This document shows positions 1 to 10,766 of a stretch of 64,000 nucleotides of DNA, piece after piece. Numbering within the stretch: position 1 is the first letter of the stretch; every line of letters starts with the position of its first letter. Below the pieces are notes generated by a model. The model worked only from the letters and a program-made list of their open reading frames with translations, did no database searches and was not told where the DNA came from. Source of the DNA: Alphaproteobacteria bacterium (lineage in GTDB: Bacteria; Pseudomonadota; Alphaproteobacteria; UBA828); assembly GCA_965221125.1 (NCBI GenBank), contig CBDCRW010000004.1, forward strand, positions 224,001-288,000, written 5' to 3'. Both the position numbers and the translations under genes were made by a program.

Positions 1-2022
1 GCCGCAGGCCGCGCGCTCGCGGCCTTCTACGGCATCGCCTCCCTCGACGGTCTCGGCTCGTTCGGGCGCGCGGAGCGCGCCGCGGCCGGCGCCGTGCTCG
101 GCTATCTCAAGCTCACGCAGAACGGCCAGCTGCCCCGGCTTGCGCGACCGCGCGCGACGGAGACCGGCGCGGCGATGGCGATCGACGCCGCGACCCGGCG
201 CAACCTGGAGCTCACGGCGACGCTGGAGGGCGCCGCCGCCGGCAGCCTGCTTGCCGTCATCGACCGGACCGTGACCGGCGCGGGCGCCCGGCTGCTCCGG
301 GCAAGGCTCACCGCGCCGCTGACCGACCCCGACGCCATCGCAGAGCGCCTCAATGCCGTGGGCTTCCTGGTCGAGGCGGAGGGGGCGCGGGCCGGCCTGA
401 GGGAGAGGCTGCGCCGTTGCCCCGACGTGGAGCGCGCGCTCTCCCGGCTCAGCCTCGGGCGCGGGGGCCCGCGCGACCTCGCTGCGGTGCGCGAGGCGCT
501 CGGCCAGATTCCGGCGATCCGCGATGCCCTCGGCGCCGATGCCACTGGCGCCCTGCAGGCGCCGCCGCCGGCGCTCGCGGCCTCTCTCCAGGCGCTCGGC
601 CACCACCAGACCCTTGTCGACCGTCTTAACAGCGCCCTTGTCGAAAGCCCGCCGCCCGGCATCCGCGACGGCGGCGTCATCGCGCGTGGCTACGACGAGG
701 CGCTCGACGACGTGGTGGAGCTGCGGGACCACAGCCGGCGCCTGATCGGCGGGCTGGAGGCGCGCTACCGGAGCGAGACCGGCGTGGGCGCCCTCAAGGT
801 GCGCCACAACAACGTGCTCGGCTACTACGTCGAGGTGCCGCCGCCGCGGGCCGAGGCGCTGGGCGAGGCCTTCATCCACCGCCAGACCCTCGCCAGCGCC
901 ATGCGCTACACGACGGTGGAGCTGGGCGAGCTCGAGGCCAAGATCAACGGCGCGGCGGACAAGGCGCTCGCGCTCGAGCAGGCGCATTTCGAGGACCTTC
1001 GCGCCGATGTCGTCCGCCGGTCGGAGGATATCGCGCGGGCCGCCGGCGCGCTGGCTGCGCTCGACGTGGCGCACGGGCTGGCGCAGCTCGCCGTCGAGCG
1101 CCGCTACTGCCGCCCGGTCGTCGACCGCTCGCTGGCCTTCGAGATCGAGGGCGGCCGGCACCCGGTGGTGGAAGCGATGGGGGCGGGCGGGGACACGCCC
1201 TTCGTCCCCAACGACTGCGACCTCGGCGACGAAGCCCGCATCTGGCTGGTCACCGGCCCCAACATGGCCGGCAAGAGCACCTTCCTGCGCCAGAACGCGC
1301 TGATCGCGGTGCTGGCCCAGATGGGCTCGTTCGTGCCCGCCACCGAGGCCCGCATCGGCGTGGTGGACCGGCTCTTCTCCCGCGTCGGCGCGGCCGACGA
1401 TCTCGCGCGCGGGCGCTCCACCTTCATGGTCGAGATGGTGGAGACCGCCGCCATCCTCAACCAGGCCGGCGAGCGCGCGCTGGTGATCCTCGACGAGATC
1501 GGGCGCGGCACCGCCACCTATGACGGCCTCTCCATCGCCTGGGCCGCGATCGAGCATCTGCACGACGGCAACCGCTGCCGCGCGCTCTTCGCCACCCACT
1601 ATCACGAGCTCACGGCGCTTGCCCAGAAGCTCGACCGGCTCGCCTGCCACACCATGCGGATCAAGGAATGGCAGGGAAAGGTCGTGTTCCTGCACGAGGT
1701 GGCGCCGGGTGCCGCCGACCGCTCCTACGGCATCCACGTGGCGCGCCTCGCCGGCCTGCCCGAGGCGGTCCTCGCCCGCGCCGAGGAGGTGCTGACGCTG
1801 CTGGAACAGGGCGAGAAGGCCACCGCCGCCTCCCGGCTCGCGAACGATCTGCCGCTCTTCGCAGCGCGAGCGACGGCGGCGCCTGCCCGGGCGGAACCTG
1901 CGCCCGACCCGCTTCGGGTGCGCCTCGCCGAGATCAACCCCGACGACCTCACCCCGCGCGATGCGCTGGATCTGGTCTACGCGCTCCGCGCCGGGCTCGA
2001 TGACGATGAGAACCAAGACTGA
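1..2022 (+). CDS. mutS: DNA mismatch repair protein MutS (5' truncated by the window edge)
   Basis: Walker [30 protein letters not shown] and SYGIHVA MutS ATPase motifs; the frame is open from position 1. Confidence 0.97.
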   Translation, partial: AAGRALAAFYGIASLDGLGSFGRAERAAAGAVLGYLKLTQNGQLPRLARPRATETGAAMAIDAATRRNLELTATLEGAAAGSLLAVIDRTVTGAGARLLRARLTAPLTDPDAIAERLNAVGFLVEAEGARAGLRERLRRCPDVERALSRLSLGRGGPRDLAAVREALGQIPAIRDALGADATGALQAPPPALAASLQALGHHQTLVDRLNSALVESPPPGIRDGGVIARGYDEALDDVVELRDHSRRLIGGLEARYRSETGVGALKVRHNNVLGYYVEVPPPRAEALGEAFIHRQTLASAMRYTTVELGELEAKINGAADKALALEQAHFEDLRADVVRRSEDIARAAGALAALDVAHGLAQLAVERRYCRPVVDRSLAFEIEGGRHPVVEAMGAGGDTPFVPNDCDLGDEARIWLVTGPNMAGKSTFLRQNALIAVLAQMGSFVPATEARIGVVDRLFSRVGAADDLARGRSTFMVEMVETAAILNQAGERALVILDEIGRGTATYDGLSIAWAAIEHLHDGNRCRALFATHYHELTALAQKLDRLACHTMRIKEWQGKVVFLHEVAPGAADRSYGIHVARLAGLPEAVLARAEEVLTLLEQGEKATAASRLANDLPLFAARATAAPARAEPAPDPLRVRLAEINPDDLTPRDALDLVYALRAGLDDDENQD

Positions 2023-2085
2023 CCGGCGGCCGCGCGGCGCTACGGGACCGGGGCCGCCCGATCGCGATCAGGATCACGCCGGCCG

Positions 2086-2952
2086 ATGAAGCCGCCGCCT
2101 TTCGCCTACGAATGCCCGCGCGACGTGGCCGGGGCAGTCGCGCTTCTCGCGGCGCACGGCGGCGACGCGCGCCCGCTCGCCGGCGGGCAAAGCTTGGTGC
2201 CGCTGCTCAACTTCCGCTTGGCGCGGCCCGCGGTCCTGGTCGATCTCAACCGCATCGAGGCGCTCGGTCGGATCAAGGTCGAGGATGGCGCGCTTTGCAT
2301 GGGCGCCATGGCCCGCCAGGCGGCGGTCGAGGCCGATGCCCGCGTGGCGCGCGGATGGCCGGTCTTGCATGAGGCCATCGGCCACATCGCCCATCCGCAG
2401 ATCCGAAACCGCGGCACCATCGGCGGCAGCCTCGCGCACAACGATCCGGCGGCCGAGCTGCCGGCGGCGATGCTGGCCCTCGATGCCGAGATGACCGCGC
2501 AGGGTCCGGCGGGAGTGCGCACCATCCAGGCCGGAGACTTCTTCGCGGGCACGATGGAGACGGCGCTGGCGCCGGACGACCTGCTCACCGAGGTTCGCGC
2601 GCCTGCGTTGCCCGAGGGGACCGGCTGGGCCTTTCAGGAGGCCGCGCGCCGCCAGGGGGATTTCGCGCTCGTCGCGGTTGCGGTGCTGCTGCGGCCGGAT
2701 GGCGCAGGCGGTATCGCCGCCCGCGTCGTCGTCACCGGAACCGGCGACGGGCCCGCCCGGATGCCGCAAGCCGAGGCGATACTGGCCGAGCGGGGCATGG
2801 ATGTCGATGCGTGCGCGGCGGCCGCCGACGCCGCGGCGGAGGCCTCCGAGCCGGCGGACGACCCCCATGCGCCCGCCTGGTACCGCCAGAAACTCGTGGC
2901 CGCGCTCACGCGGCGTGCCTGCCGCGAGGCGCTCACCAGGATGGGGCGCTGA
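2086..2952 (+). CDS. Xanthine dehydrogenase/CoxM-family FAD-binding subunit
   Basis: MKPPPFAY start, LAGGQSLVPLLNFRLARP and QIRNRGTIGGSLAHNDPAAELP motifs; followed by small and large subunits. Confidence 0.93.
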   Translation: MKPPPFAYECPRDVAGAVALLAAHGGDARPLAGGQSLVPLLNFRLARPAVLVDLNRIEALGRIKVEDGALCMGAMARQAAVEADARVARGWPVLHEAIGHIAHPQIRNRGTIGGSLAHNDPAAELPAAMLALDAEMTAQGPAGVRTIQAGDFFAGTMETALAPDDLLTEVRAPALPEGTGWAFQEAARRQGDFALVAVAVLLRPDGAGGIAARVVVTGTGDGPARMPQAEAILAERGMDVDACAAAADAAAEASEPADDPHAPAWYRQKLVAALTRRACREALTRMGR

Positions 2953-3441
2953 ATGCCGAATCACGAACGCAGCGTGCGCGTCACCATCAACGGCGAGGCC
3001 CACGAACGGCAGGTCGAGCCCAGGCTCCTGCTCTCCGACTTCATTCGGCACGAAGCGGGACTCACCGGCACCCATGTGGGCTGCGAGCACGGGGTCTGCG
3101 GCGCCTGCTCCGTGCTGCTCGACGGCGCGCCGGTGCGCTCCTGCCTCATGTTCGCGGTGCAGGCGGACGGGGCCTCGGTCGAGACGGTGGAATCGCTCGC
3201 CGACGGCGAGGCGCTCCACCCGCTGCAGGAGGCCTTCCGCCGCGAGCACGGGCTGCAATGCGGCTATTGCACGCCCGGCATCCTGATGACGCTCAAACCC
3301 TTCCTCGCAGCCAACCCGGCGCCGAGCGACGCCGAGATCAGGCGCGCGCTTTCCGGCAACCTCTGCCGCTGCACCGGCTACCAGCAGATCGTGGCGGCGG
3401 TGCGCCGCGCCGCGGCAATGCTGCGGGGTGAAGAGCCATGA
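2953..3441 (+). CDS. CoxS-family 2x[2Fe-2S] subunit of a molybdenum hydroxylase
   Basis: GCEHGVCGAC...C, QCGYCTPG and GNLCRCTGY cysteine motifs. Confidence 0.95.
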   Translation: MPNHERSVRVTINGEAHERQVEPRLLLSDFIRHEAGLTGTHVGCEHGVCGACSVLLDGAPVRSCLMFAVQADGASVETVESLADGEALHPLQEAFRREHGLQCGYCTPGILMTLKPFLAANPAPSDAEIRRALSGNLCRCTGYQQIVAAVRRAAAMLRGEEP

Positions 3442-5798
3442 CCACGCGTCTGATCGGCGAGCCCGTCGAGCGGCGCGAGGATGCGCGGCTGCTCACCGGG
3501 CGCGCGCGCTTCATCGACGACATCGGCCTCCCCGGCATGCTGCACGCTGCTGTGCTCCGCAGCCCCCATGCCAAGGCGCGGTTTGCGCGCGTCGATGCGT
3601 CCGCCGCGCTCGCGCTCCCCGGCGTGTACGCGGTCATCACCCACGAGGACTTGGGCGAGGCCAATGCGCCCATGCCGCTCCTCAACGAAGACCCCGGCTT
3701 CATCCATCCGCGCACCCACCAGGCGCTGGCGCCCGGCCAGGTGCGCTTCGTCGGCGAGGCGGTGGCGCTGGTGGTGGCCGACAGCCGCTATATCGCCGAA
3801 GACGCGCTCGACCTGATCGAGGTGGACTATGCGCCGGAGGCTGCGGCGGTCGATCTCGTGGCGGCGGCGGAGCCCGGCGCGCCGCTCGTCCACGACGACA
3901 CCGATTCCAACGTCGCCTGCCGCACCGCCGACAGCAACGGCGATGTCGAAAGCGCCTTCGCCCAGGCCGACTTCGTGCTGCGCGAGGAGCTCCGGCCCGA
4001 ACGGGGCGCGGCCCAGCCGATGGAGACGCGGGGCGTCGTCGCCCGCTTCGATGCGAGCCTCGACCGGCTCACGATCTGGGACACCACCCAGGCGCCCATC
4101 GCGGCCCGCGGCGTGATCGCAGAGAAGCTCGGGCTGCCGGAGGCCGCCGTCACCGTCATCGCGCCGGACGTGGGCGGCGGCTTCGGCGTCAAGATCTACC
4201 TGGTCTATCCGGAGGAGCTGCTGGTCCCCTTCGCCGCCCGCCTGCTGGACCGCCCGGTGAAGTGGATCGAGGACCGCCGCGAGCACTTCATCGGCTCCAA
4301 CCACGAGCGCCTGATGGTGCACCGCGTCGAGGTCGCGGCGACGAAGGACGGGCGCATCCTTGGGATCAGGGACCGCTTCCTCTACGACAGCGGCGCCTAC
4401 TGCCCCTACGGCCCCATCAACGCCCAGTGCGCCCAGGCCATCCTGCCCGGCCCCTACAGGATTCCGGCGGTGCACACGGAGTACGAGGCGGTCTACACCA
4501 ACACGCCGGTCGTGAGCCCGTACCGCGGCGCAGGCCAGCCGCACGGCAACTTCGTCATGGAAGCGGCGATGAACCACGTCGCCCGTGCGCTCGGCCTCGA
4601 TGCGGCCGAGATCAGGCGGCGCAACCTGGTGCGGCCCGAGGACTGCCCCTGGGATTCGGGCCGTATCTTCCAGGGCAACACGCCGCTCATCCACCGGGAC
4701 AGCGACTACCCCGCCCAGCTCGCGAAGACGCTGGAAGCGCTCGACTACGCGGGCGTGAAGCGGAGCCAGCCGGCGGAACGCGAGCAGGGCATCTTGCGCG
4801 GCGTCGGCATCGCCTTCTTCGTCGAGGGCACCGGCATCTCGCCCTACGAGGGGGTCGAAGTGCGGGTGGAGCCCACCGGGCACGTGCACGTGACGACCGG
4901 CTATCCCTCGCAGGGGCAGGGCCATCACACGACGCTCGCGCAGGTGGTGGCGGAGACGCTGGCCGTCCCGCCGGAGCAGGTGGTGGTGGAGAGCGGGCGC
5001 AGCGACCGCTTCGCCTGGGGCGTCGGCACCTTCGCCAGCCGCTCGGCCGTGGTGGGGGGAAGCGCTGCGTTGGGCGCGGCCGAGGCCGTCCGTGCGCGGG
5101 CGCTCGACCTCGCATCGGACGAGCTGGAGGCGGCGCCCGAGGACCTGGTGCTGGCCGATGGCGCGGTGCACGTGAAGGGGGCGCCGCAGCTGGCGGTCAC
5201 GCTGGCCGCACTCGCCCGTGCGGCAGACCCCATCAACACGCTCGCGGCGGGCGCCGAGCCCGGCCTGCGCGCCGCCGACTATTACCGCAGCCCGGACGGC
5301 GCGTTCGCGAGCGGGGTCCACGGGCTGATCGTGGTCGTCGATGCCGCCACCGGCATGGTGGAAATCGAGAAGTACGTCGTGGTCCACGACTGCGGCGTGA
5401 TGATCAACCCCACCATCGTCGACGGCCAGATCCTGGGCGGCACGGCGCAGGGCATCGGGGGTGCCTTCTACGAGAAGCTCAGGTTCGACGACGACGGCCA
5501 GCCGCTGGTCACCACCTTCATGGACTACCTGATCCCGACGGCGATGGAGATCCCGCCCATCGAGATCCATCACATGGAGAGCCGCTCCAGCCTCAATCCC
5601 CTCGGCGTCAAGGGGGTGGGGGAGGGCGGCGCGATCCCGGCGGCGGCGGCCTTCGCGGGCGCGGTGGAAGACGCGCTGGAGCCCTTCGGCGCCCGCGTCC
5701 GCGCCGTCCCCCTCGACCCTCCCGCCATCCTCGCGATGATCGAGGGGCGCGGCGACGAGGCCAACAATGCGGCAATGGTGGGCAATTACCAGCTCTAG
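3438..5798 (+). CDS. Xanthine dehydrogenase-family molybdopterin-binding large subunit (CoxL-like, not form I CODH)
   Basis: RREDARLLTG, GGGFG, active-site PYRGAG, QGQGH, FASRS and KGVGEGG motifs; ATGA overlap with the small subunit. Confidence 0.93.
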   Translation: MTTRLIGEPVERREDARLLTGRARFIDDIGLPGMLHAAVLRSPHAKARFARVDASAALALPGVYAVITHEDLGEANAPMPLLNEDPGFIHPRTHQALAPGQVRFVGEAVALVVADSRYIAEDALDLIEVDYAPEAAAVDLVAAAEPGAPLVHDDTDSNVACRTADSNGDVESAFAQADFVLREELRPERGAAQPMETRGVVARFDASLDRLTIWDTTQAPIAARGVIAEKLGLPEAAVTVIAPDVGGGFGVKIYLVYPEELLVPFAARLLDRPVKWIEDRREHFIGSNHERLMVHRVEVAATKDGRILGIRDRFLYDSGAYCPYGPINAQCAQAILPGPYRIPAVHTEYEAVYTNTPVVSPYRGAGQPHGNFVMEAAMNHVARALGLDAAEIRRRNLVRPEDCPWDSGRIFQGNTPLIHRDSDYPAQLAKTLEALDYAGVKRSQPAEREQGILRGVGIAFFVEGTGISPYEGVEVRVEPTGHVHVTTGYPSQGQGHHTTLAQVVAETLAVPPEQVVVESGRSDRFAWGVGTFASRSAVVGGSAALGAAEAVRARALDLASDELEAAPEDLVLADGAVHVKGAPQLAVTLAALARAADPINTLAAGAEPGLRAADYYRSPDGAFASGVHGLIVVVDAATGMVEIEKYVVVHDCGVMINPTIVDGQILGGTAQGIGGAFYEKLRFDDDGQPLVTTFMDYLIPTAMEIPPIEIHHMESRSSLNPLGVKGVGEGGAIPAAAAFAGAVEDALEPFGARVRAVPLDPPAILAMIEGRGDEANNAAMVGNYQL

Positions 5799-5853
5799 AC
5801 GTCTCTAATTCTGCCCGAATTATACTGGCCCTAGAGTTGTTAGGAGAGAGCTC

Positions 5854-6567
5854 TTGAAGTTACGGAAAGTAGTGAACGAATCAGACACCTTGCCGGGTAA
5901 GGTATTTGATTTTGTCGTTCTCTTTCTAATCCTAGTTTCGGTTGTCGCGTTGACAATAGATACGCTGCCGGACTTGCCCGAATTTGCACAAGACGTACTC
6001 GATATTTCTGAGATTGCTATTACTGTTCTGTTCACAATAGAATATTTTGTTCGTGTTGTAGCGTCTCCGAGGAAAAGGGATTACATATTTAGCTTTTACG
6101 GAATTGTCGATTTAATCGCGATTCTTCCCTTCTATATTGCGTTAGGAGTCGATCTTCGTGCCGTTCGAGCCTTTCGTTTATTCCGTATCATTCGCATCTT
6201 GAAGCTAACTCGATACAGCCGAGCAATGGAGCGCTTTGCCAAAGCTCTAGCGTATGCCAAGCAAGAAGTGGTGATATTCCTGGTGGCAACGATGATAGTC
6301 TTGTATTTGGCTTCAGTGGGCATGTATTATTTTGAGCATGAAGCTCAGCCGGAAGCCTTCCGGTCGATTTTTGATGGATTATGGTGGGCTGTCGCTACAC
6401 TGACGACAGTAGGATACGGTGACGTCTATCCGGTTACCGTTGGCGGTAAGATTTTCACATTCATAATATTGATGTGTGGTCTAGGTATCGTGGCAGTCCC
6501 AGCAGGACTCATCTCCGCGGCGTTGTCGAAGGTTCGGCGGGATGAGGAGCGACAAAGAGAGCAGTAA
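5854..6567 (+). CDS. 6-TM voltage-gated-type potassium channel (ion transport protein), AT-rich
   Basis: Selectivity filter TTVGYGD, S4-like LRAVRAFRLFRIIRILKL, pore helix WWAVAT; TTG start after GGAGAG. Confidence 0.92.
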   Translation: MKLRKVVNESDTLPGKVFDFVVLFLILVSVVALTIDTLPDLPEFAQDVLDISEIAITVLFTIEYFVRVVASPRKRDYIFSFYGIVDLIAILPFYIALGVDLRAVRAFRLFRIIRILKLTRYSRAMERFAKALAYAKQEVVIFLVATMIVLYLASVGMYYFEHEAQPEAFRSIFDGLWWAVATLTTVGYGDVYPVTVGGKIFTFIILMCGLGIVAVPAGLISAALSKVRRDEERQREQ

Positions 6568-6811
6568 GTTGAACCTAAATTCGCATCGCCGTTCGAACTG
6601 AATAGAATTGCCGCTGTTGTCTCTTCTCCTAAATTTTGCTGATCCTTAAACAGCCTCATCAAGCGGGACCTGACCGAGAGTGACTGATTGCATCATCTGG
6701 TGCAGCCTCAATGGGCCATAGGCCGCTTGGCGCAGGTGCGGCGGGCGACTATCGTGCGCGGCTTGTCGCGAGAGCGCGGGGCAACGCCGTGACCGGAGAA
6801 CGTGAGGCGGG

Positions 6812-8878
6812 ATGAGCAGCGCTGAGGAGGGCGCGCGCTACGTGCTCGCCGTCGATGTCGGCGGCACGTTCACCGACGTGATCCGCCACGACACGCAGAG
6901 CGGCGCGGTGGAGGTCGCGAAGACCGCGTCGACGCCGCCCGATTTCATCGACGGCATGCTGGCCGGCATCGCGGCCGTGGGCGCCGAGCCCGCTGCCATC
7001 AAGCTCATCAAGATCGGCACCACCATCGCCACCAACACGGTCATCATGCGCACCGGCGCGCGGACCGCGCTGGTGACCACGGCGGGCTTCACCGACGTGC
7101 TCCACGCCGCCCGCGCCGCGCGCCCCACGCTCTACGATTCCGACTGGGACCCGGCGCCCGCCCTGGTCGACCGCCGCGACACCATGACCGTGGCCCAGCG
7201 CACCACCTACGAGGGCGAGGTGCTGGAGCCCCTCGACGAGTCCGGCTTGCGCGAGACCGCGGCGCGCCTGCGGGAGCGCGGGATCGAGGCGGTGGCAGTG
7301 AGCTTCCTCCACAGCTACATCAACGACGACCACGAGCGCCGCGCCCAGGAAGTTCTCGGCGAAGAGATGCCAGGCAGCTACGTCTGCCGCTCGTCGGACA
7401 TCCTGCCCGAGATCCGCGAGTTCGAGCGCACCAGCACCACCGTCGCCAACGCCTATCTCGGCCCGGTGCTGGAGCGCTACCTCGCCTCGCTCCTGGCCCG
7501 GCTGGAGGGCATCGGCTACGACGGGCCGGTCCTCATCACCCATTCCGGCGGTGGCGTCATGTCCATCGAGGCCGCGCGGCGCATCCCGGCGCGCATCTGC
7601 CAGTCAGGGCCGGCTGCGGGCGTGATGGCGGGCGCCGCCATCGGCAGGCTCGCGGACAGGCCTGACGTGATCGTCCTCGACGTGGGCGGCACCAGCGCCG
7701 ACGTCTCGCTCTCGCGCCGGGGCCGCCCGCTGATCCGGCCCGAGTGGAACATCGAGTTCAACATCGTCATCAGCTTCCCCTCGGTGGACGTCACCGCCAT
7801 CGGCGCCGGCGGCGGCTCCATCGCCCGCATCGACGAGGGGGGCGTGCTGAAGGTGGGGCCGGCCAGCGCCGGTGCGCGGCCCGGCCCCGCCTGCTACGGC
7901 CAGGGCGGGACCCAGCCGACCGCGACCGATACCAACCTCGTGCTCGGCCGCCTCGGCGCCGGGACCAGGCTCGCCGGCCGCGTGGCCTTGCATCCGAAGC
8001 TTGCCGAAGAGGCCATCGACCGCATCGCGGAGCCTTTGGGCTATTCGCGGGCGGAGGCCGCGGCCGGCATCCTGCGGGTCATGCGCGCCAACATGGCGGG
8101 CGCGATCCGCCTCGTCTCGGTGAAGCGCGGCCACGACCCGCGCGACTTCGCGCTCGTCGCCTTCGGCGGCGCCGGGCCGCTCTACGCCGTGGAGCTCGCT
8201 CGCGAGCTCGGCATCCCCGAGGTGATCGTGCCCTTCCGTCCCGGCCTCGGCTCCGCCATGGGCGTGCTGCACGTGGAGGTGCGGCACGATTTCGTGCAGT
8301 CGATCTTCGCCACCGACGAGCGCTTCGATTCCGGCGAGATCAACGACGCCTTCACCGCGCTGGAAGGGCGCGCGCTGGCGCGGCTCACGCGGGACGGCGT
8401 GGCGGCCCAGGACGTGGTGCTCCGCCGCGAGATCGATGTGCGCTACTATGGCCAGGTCTCGGGCGGCCTCACGCTCGCGGTCAAGGCGGGCGCGCTCGAC
8501 GACGACGATATCCGCGGGCTCTTCCGCGCGTTTCACGAGCGCCACACCGAGGACTATGGCTACAGCTTGCCGGAGGACCTTGCCGAGCTCGAGATCGTCA
8601 ACGCCCGCGTCGCGGCGGAGGCGCGCGCTGCGACCGGCGCGGCGCCTGCGTTCGGCGCGAACGGCGCGGGCGACCCCGCTCCGCGCGGGCGCAGAAAAAT
8701 GTTCGACGAGGCCGAGGGCTGGGTGGAGGCGCCGGTCTACGAACGGACGACGCTCCCGGTCGGCTTCGAGATTCCCGGCCCCGCCATCATCGAGCAGCTG
8801 GACAGCACCACCCTGCTCGTCCCCGGCTCGCAGGCGCGGGTCGATGAGCGCTTCAACCTGATCTGCACGAGCGGGTAG
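6812..8878 (+). CDS. Hydantoinase A/oxoprolinase-family ATP-binding subunit (pair 1)
   Basis: DVGGTFTD, REFERTSTT, SGPAAGV, DVGGTSAD, GAGGGS and GPACYG motifs. Confidence 0.93.
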   Translation: MSSAEEGARYVLAVDVGGTFTDVIRHDTQSGAVEVAKTASTPPDFIDGMLAGIAAVGAEPAAIKLIKIGTTIATNTVIMRTGARTALVTTAGFTDVLHAARAARPTLYDSDWDPAPALVDRRDTMTVAQRTTYEGEVLEPLDESGLRETAARLRERGIEAVAVSFLHSYINDDHERRAQEVLGEEMPGSYVCRSSDILPEIREFERTSTTVANAYLGPVLERYLASLLARLEGIGYDGPVLITHSGGGVMSIEAARRIPARICQSGPAAGVMAGAAIGRLADRPDVIVLDVGGTSADVSLSRRGRPLIRPEWNIEFNIVISFPSVDVTAIGAGGGSIARIDEGGVLKVGPASAGARPGPACYGQGGTQPTATDTNLVLGRLGAGTRLAGRVALHPKLAEEAIDRIAEPLGYSRAEAAAGILRVMRANMAGAIRLVSVKRGHDPRDFALVAFGGAGPLYAVELARELGIPEVIVPFRPGLGSAMGVLHVEVRHDFVQSIFATDERFDSGEINDAFTALEGRALARLTRDGVAAQDVVLRREIDVRYYGQVSGGLTLAVKAGALDDDDIRGLFRAFHERHTEDYGYSLPEDLAELEIVNARVAAEARAATGAAPAFGANGAGDPAPRGRRKMFDEAEGWVEAPVYERTTLPVGFEIPGPAIIEQLDSTTLLVPGSQARVDERFNLICTSG

Positions 8879-8882
8879 GACC

Positions 8883-10745
8883 ATGCAGCTCGACCCCATC
8901 ACCTTCGAGGTGCTGCGCAACGCGCTGGGCAGCATGTGCGACGAGGGCAGCGAGATGATCGCCCGCCTCGCCTATGCACCCACCATCAGCGAGGGGCACG
9001 ACCATTCCTGCGCGCTGCTGACGGCGGAAGGCCGCCTCGTCGCCCACGGCAACCGCGACCAGGCGCCGCATATCGGCTCCTTCGAGCCCTCCGTGCGGGT
9101 GGTGAAGGAGTGGGTGGGAGACGAGTTCGAGCCGGGCGACATCTACATCTTCAACGACCCCTACACCGGCGGCATCCACTGCAACGACGTGAAGCTGATC
9201 CGCCCGATCCATCACGAGGGCCGCCTCGTCGCCTTCAACTCCAGCACCGGCCACTGGCCGGACGTGGGCGGCGCGCTGCCCGGCAGCTTCAACCCGCGCG
9301 CGGTGGACTGCTACTCCGAGGGGCTGCGGATGCCGCCCATGCGGCTCTTCCGGGGCGACGCGCTCGACCGCACGGTGATGACGCTGATCGAGTACAACAT
9401 GCGCACCGGGCGCGAGCGCATCGCCGACATCCACGCCCAGCGCCAGGCCGGCGCGCTGATCGAGGACCGCCTGCTGGAGCTCTACGCGCGCCACGGGGCG
9501 GAGACCATCGAGGCGCTGTTCGAGGACATCTTCGACTACACCGAGGAGCGCTTCCGCGCCCAGGTCGCGCAGCTGCCGGACGGCGACTACGAGTTCGAGG
9601 ATTTCTCGGACAAGGACATCATGCACCCCGACGAGCCCCGCATCCGGGTGCACTGCCGGCTCACCATCGAGGGCGACCGCGCCAGCTTCGACTATCGCGG
9701 GAGCGACGCGGCGCCGGTCGGCCCCTTCGGCTTCCCCCGCGCCTCGCTCGAGACCGCGGTCTTCGACGGCACGCTGCACTGCTTCCCCCAGCTCGCGCCG
9801 CTCAACCACGGGCTGAGCCGGGCCGTGGAGGTGTTGTCCACGCCCGGAAGCTGCGTCCACATCGAGGAGCCGACGCCGGCGTCGGGCTACGCGAGCGGCG
9901 CCTACGAGAAGGTCGCGGCGGTCACCATGGCCTGCTGGGCCGCGGCGTTCCAGGATGTCGAGCCGAAGCGCATGTACGCCGCCGGCATCAACCTCGCGAA
10001 CCTCTGCATCGGCGGGGTCCATCCCAAGACCGGCAAGCACTACGTCAACTACCTTTGGAACGAGGGCGGCCAGGGCGCGCGCAGCTACAAGGACGGCAAC
10101 CCCTTCCAGATGATGATCTTCATCGGCGGCGCCACCAACCAGCCGGTGGAGATCCTGGAGCGCTGGTATCCGCTGCTCTACACCAACTGCGAAGGGGTCA
10201 CCGATTCCTGCGGCGATGGCACCTGGCGCGGCGGGGTCGGTATCGACCGCAGCTTCAAGACGCTCGGCGCCATGACCATGACCATGCACGGCGACCGCGC
10301 CGAGGTGACGCCCTTCGGCCTCGCCGGCGGCACCAACGGCGGACCCAACACGCTCCGCCTCCGCCGCGCGGCCTCTCCGGAGACGGAAGAGGAGCTTGGC
10401 ATGCACGCCATGGGCATCCGGCTCGCGCCCGGCGACCAGCTCATCTACCGCTCCAACGGCGGCGGCGGCTTCGGCGATCCGCTGGCGAGAGTGCCCGAGG
10501 CGGTGCTGGCCGATGTCGAGCAGGGCTGGATCACGCCGGAGAAGGCCATGCAGGTCTATGGCGTCGTCGTCGCGGGCGGCAACGGCGCGGGCGATCCGCT
10601 CCGCATCGACGAGACGGCGACGGCGGCGCGGCGCGCTGCGGCCCGGCCCGCGGCAGAAGGCTACGGGCCGGGCGAGGTGCATCCGCTAGGCCGAAAGCTG
10701 AAGGCGCCCGCGAACGGCGCCGGCGGGGAACAGACCACGGCATGA
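8883..10745 (+). CDS. Hydantoinase B/oxoprolinase-family subunit (pair 1)
   Basis: MQLDPITFEV start, NDPYTGGIHCND, HWPDVGG, EGLRMPP and GGGGFGDP motifs. Confidence 0.93.
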   Translation: MQLDPITFEVLRNALGSMCDEGSEMIARLAYAPTISEGHDHSCALLTAEGRLVAHGNRDQAPHIGSFEPSVRVVKEWVGDEFEPGDIYIFNDPYTGGIHCNDVKLIRPIHHEGRLVAFNSSTGHWPDVGGALPGSFNPRAVDCYSEGLRMPPMRLFRGDALDRTVMTLIEYNMRTGRERIADIHAQRQAGALIEDRLLELYARHGAETIEALFEDIFDYTEERFRAQVAQLPDGDYEFEDFSDKDIMHPDEPRIRVHCRLTIEGDRASFDYRGSDAAPVGPFGFPRASLETAVFDGTLHCFPQLAPLNHGLSRAVEVLSTPGSCVHIEEPTPASGYASGAYEKVAAVTMACWAAAFQDVEPKRMYAAGINLANLCIGGVHPKTGKHYVNYLWNEGGQGARSYKDGNPFQMMIFIGGATNQPVEILERWYPLLYTNCEGVTDSCGDGTWRGGVGIDRSFKTLGAMTMTMHGDRAEVTPFGLAGGTNGGPNTLRLRRAASPETEEELGMHAMGIRLAPGDQLIYRSNGGGGFGDPLARVPEAVLADVEQGWITPEKAMQVYGVVVAGGNGAGDPLRIDETATAARRAAARPAAEGYGPGEVHPLGRKLKAPANGAGGEQTTA

Positions 10746-10766
10746 GCTGACCGGAGGAGACGCGGC

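Noticed and set aside
2086-5798. Aerobic CO dehydrogenase (coxMSL)
   Set aside because: The large subunit has PYRGAG, not the form I AYxCSFR motif, and no coxDEFG accessory genes are present.
5759-5845. Integron attC site before the K+ channel (CCAACAA...TTGTTAGG with an inner GGGCA/TGCCC stem and GTTAGGA before the start)
   Set aside because: The L boxes are not complementary, there is no proper RYYYAAC after the gene, and no integrase is present; too weak to call.
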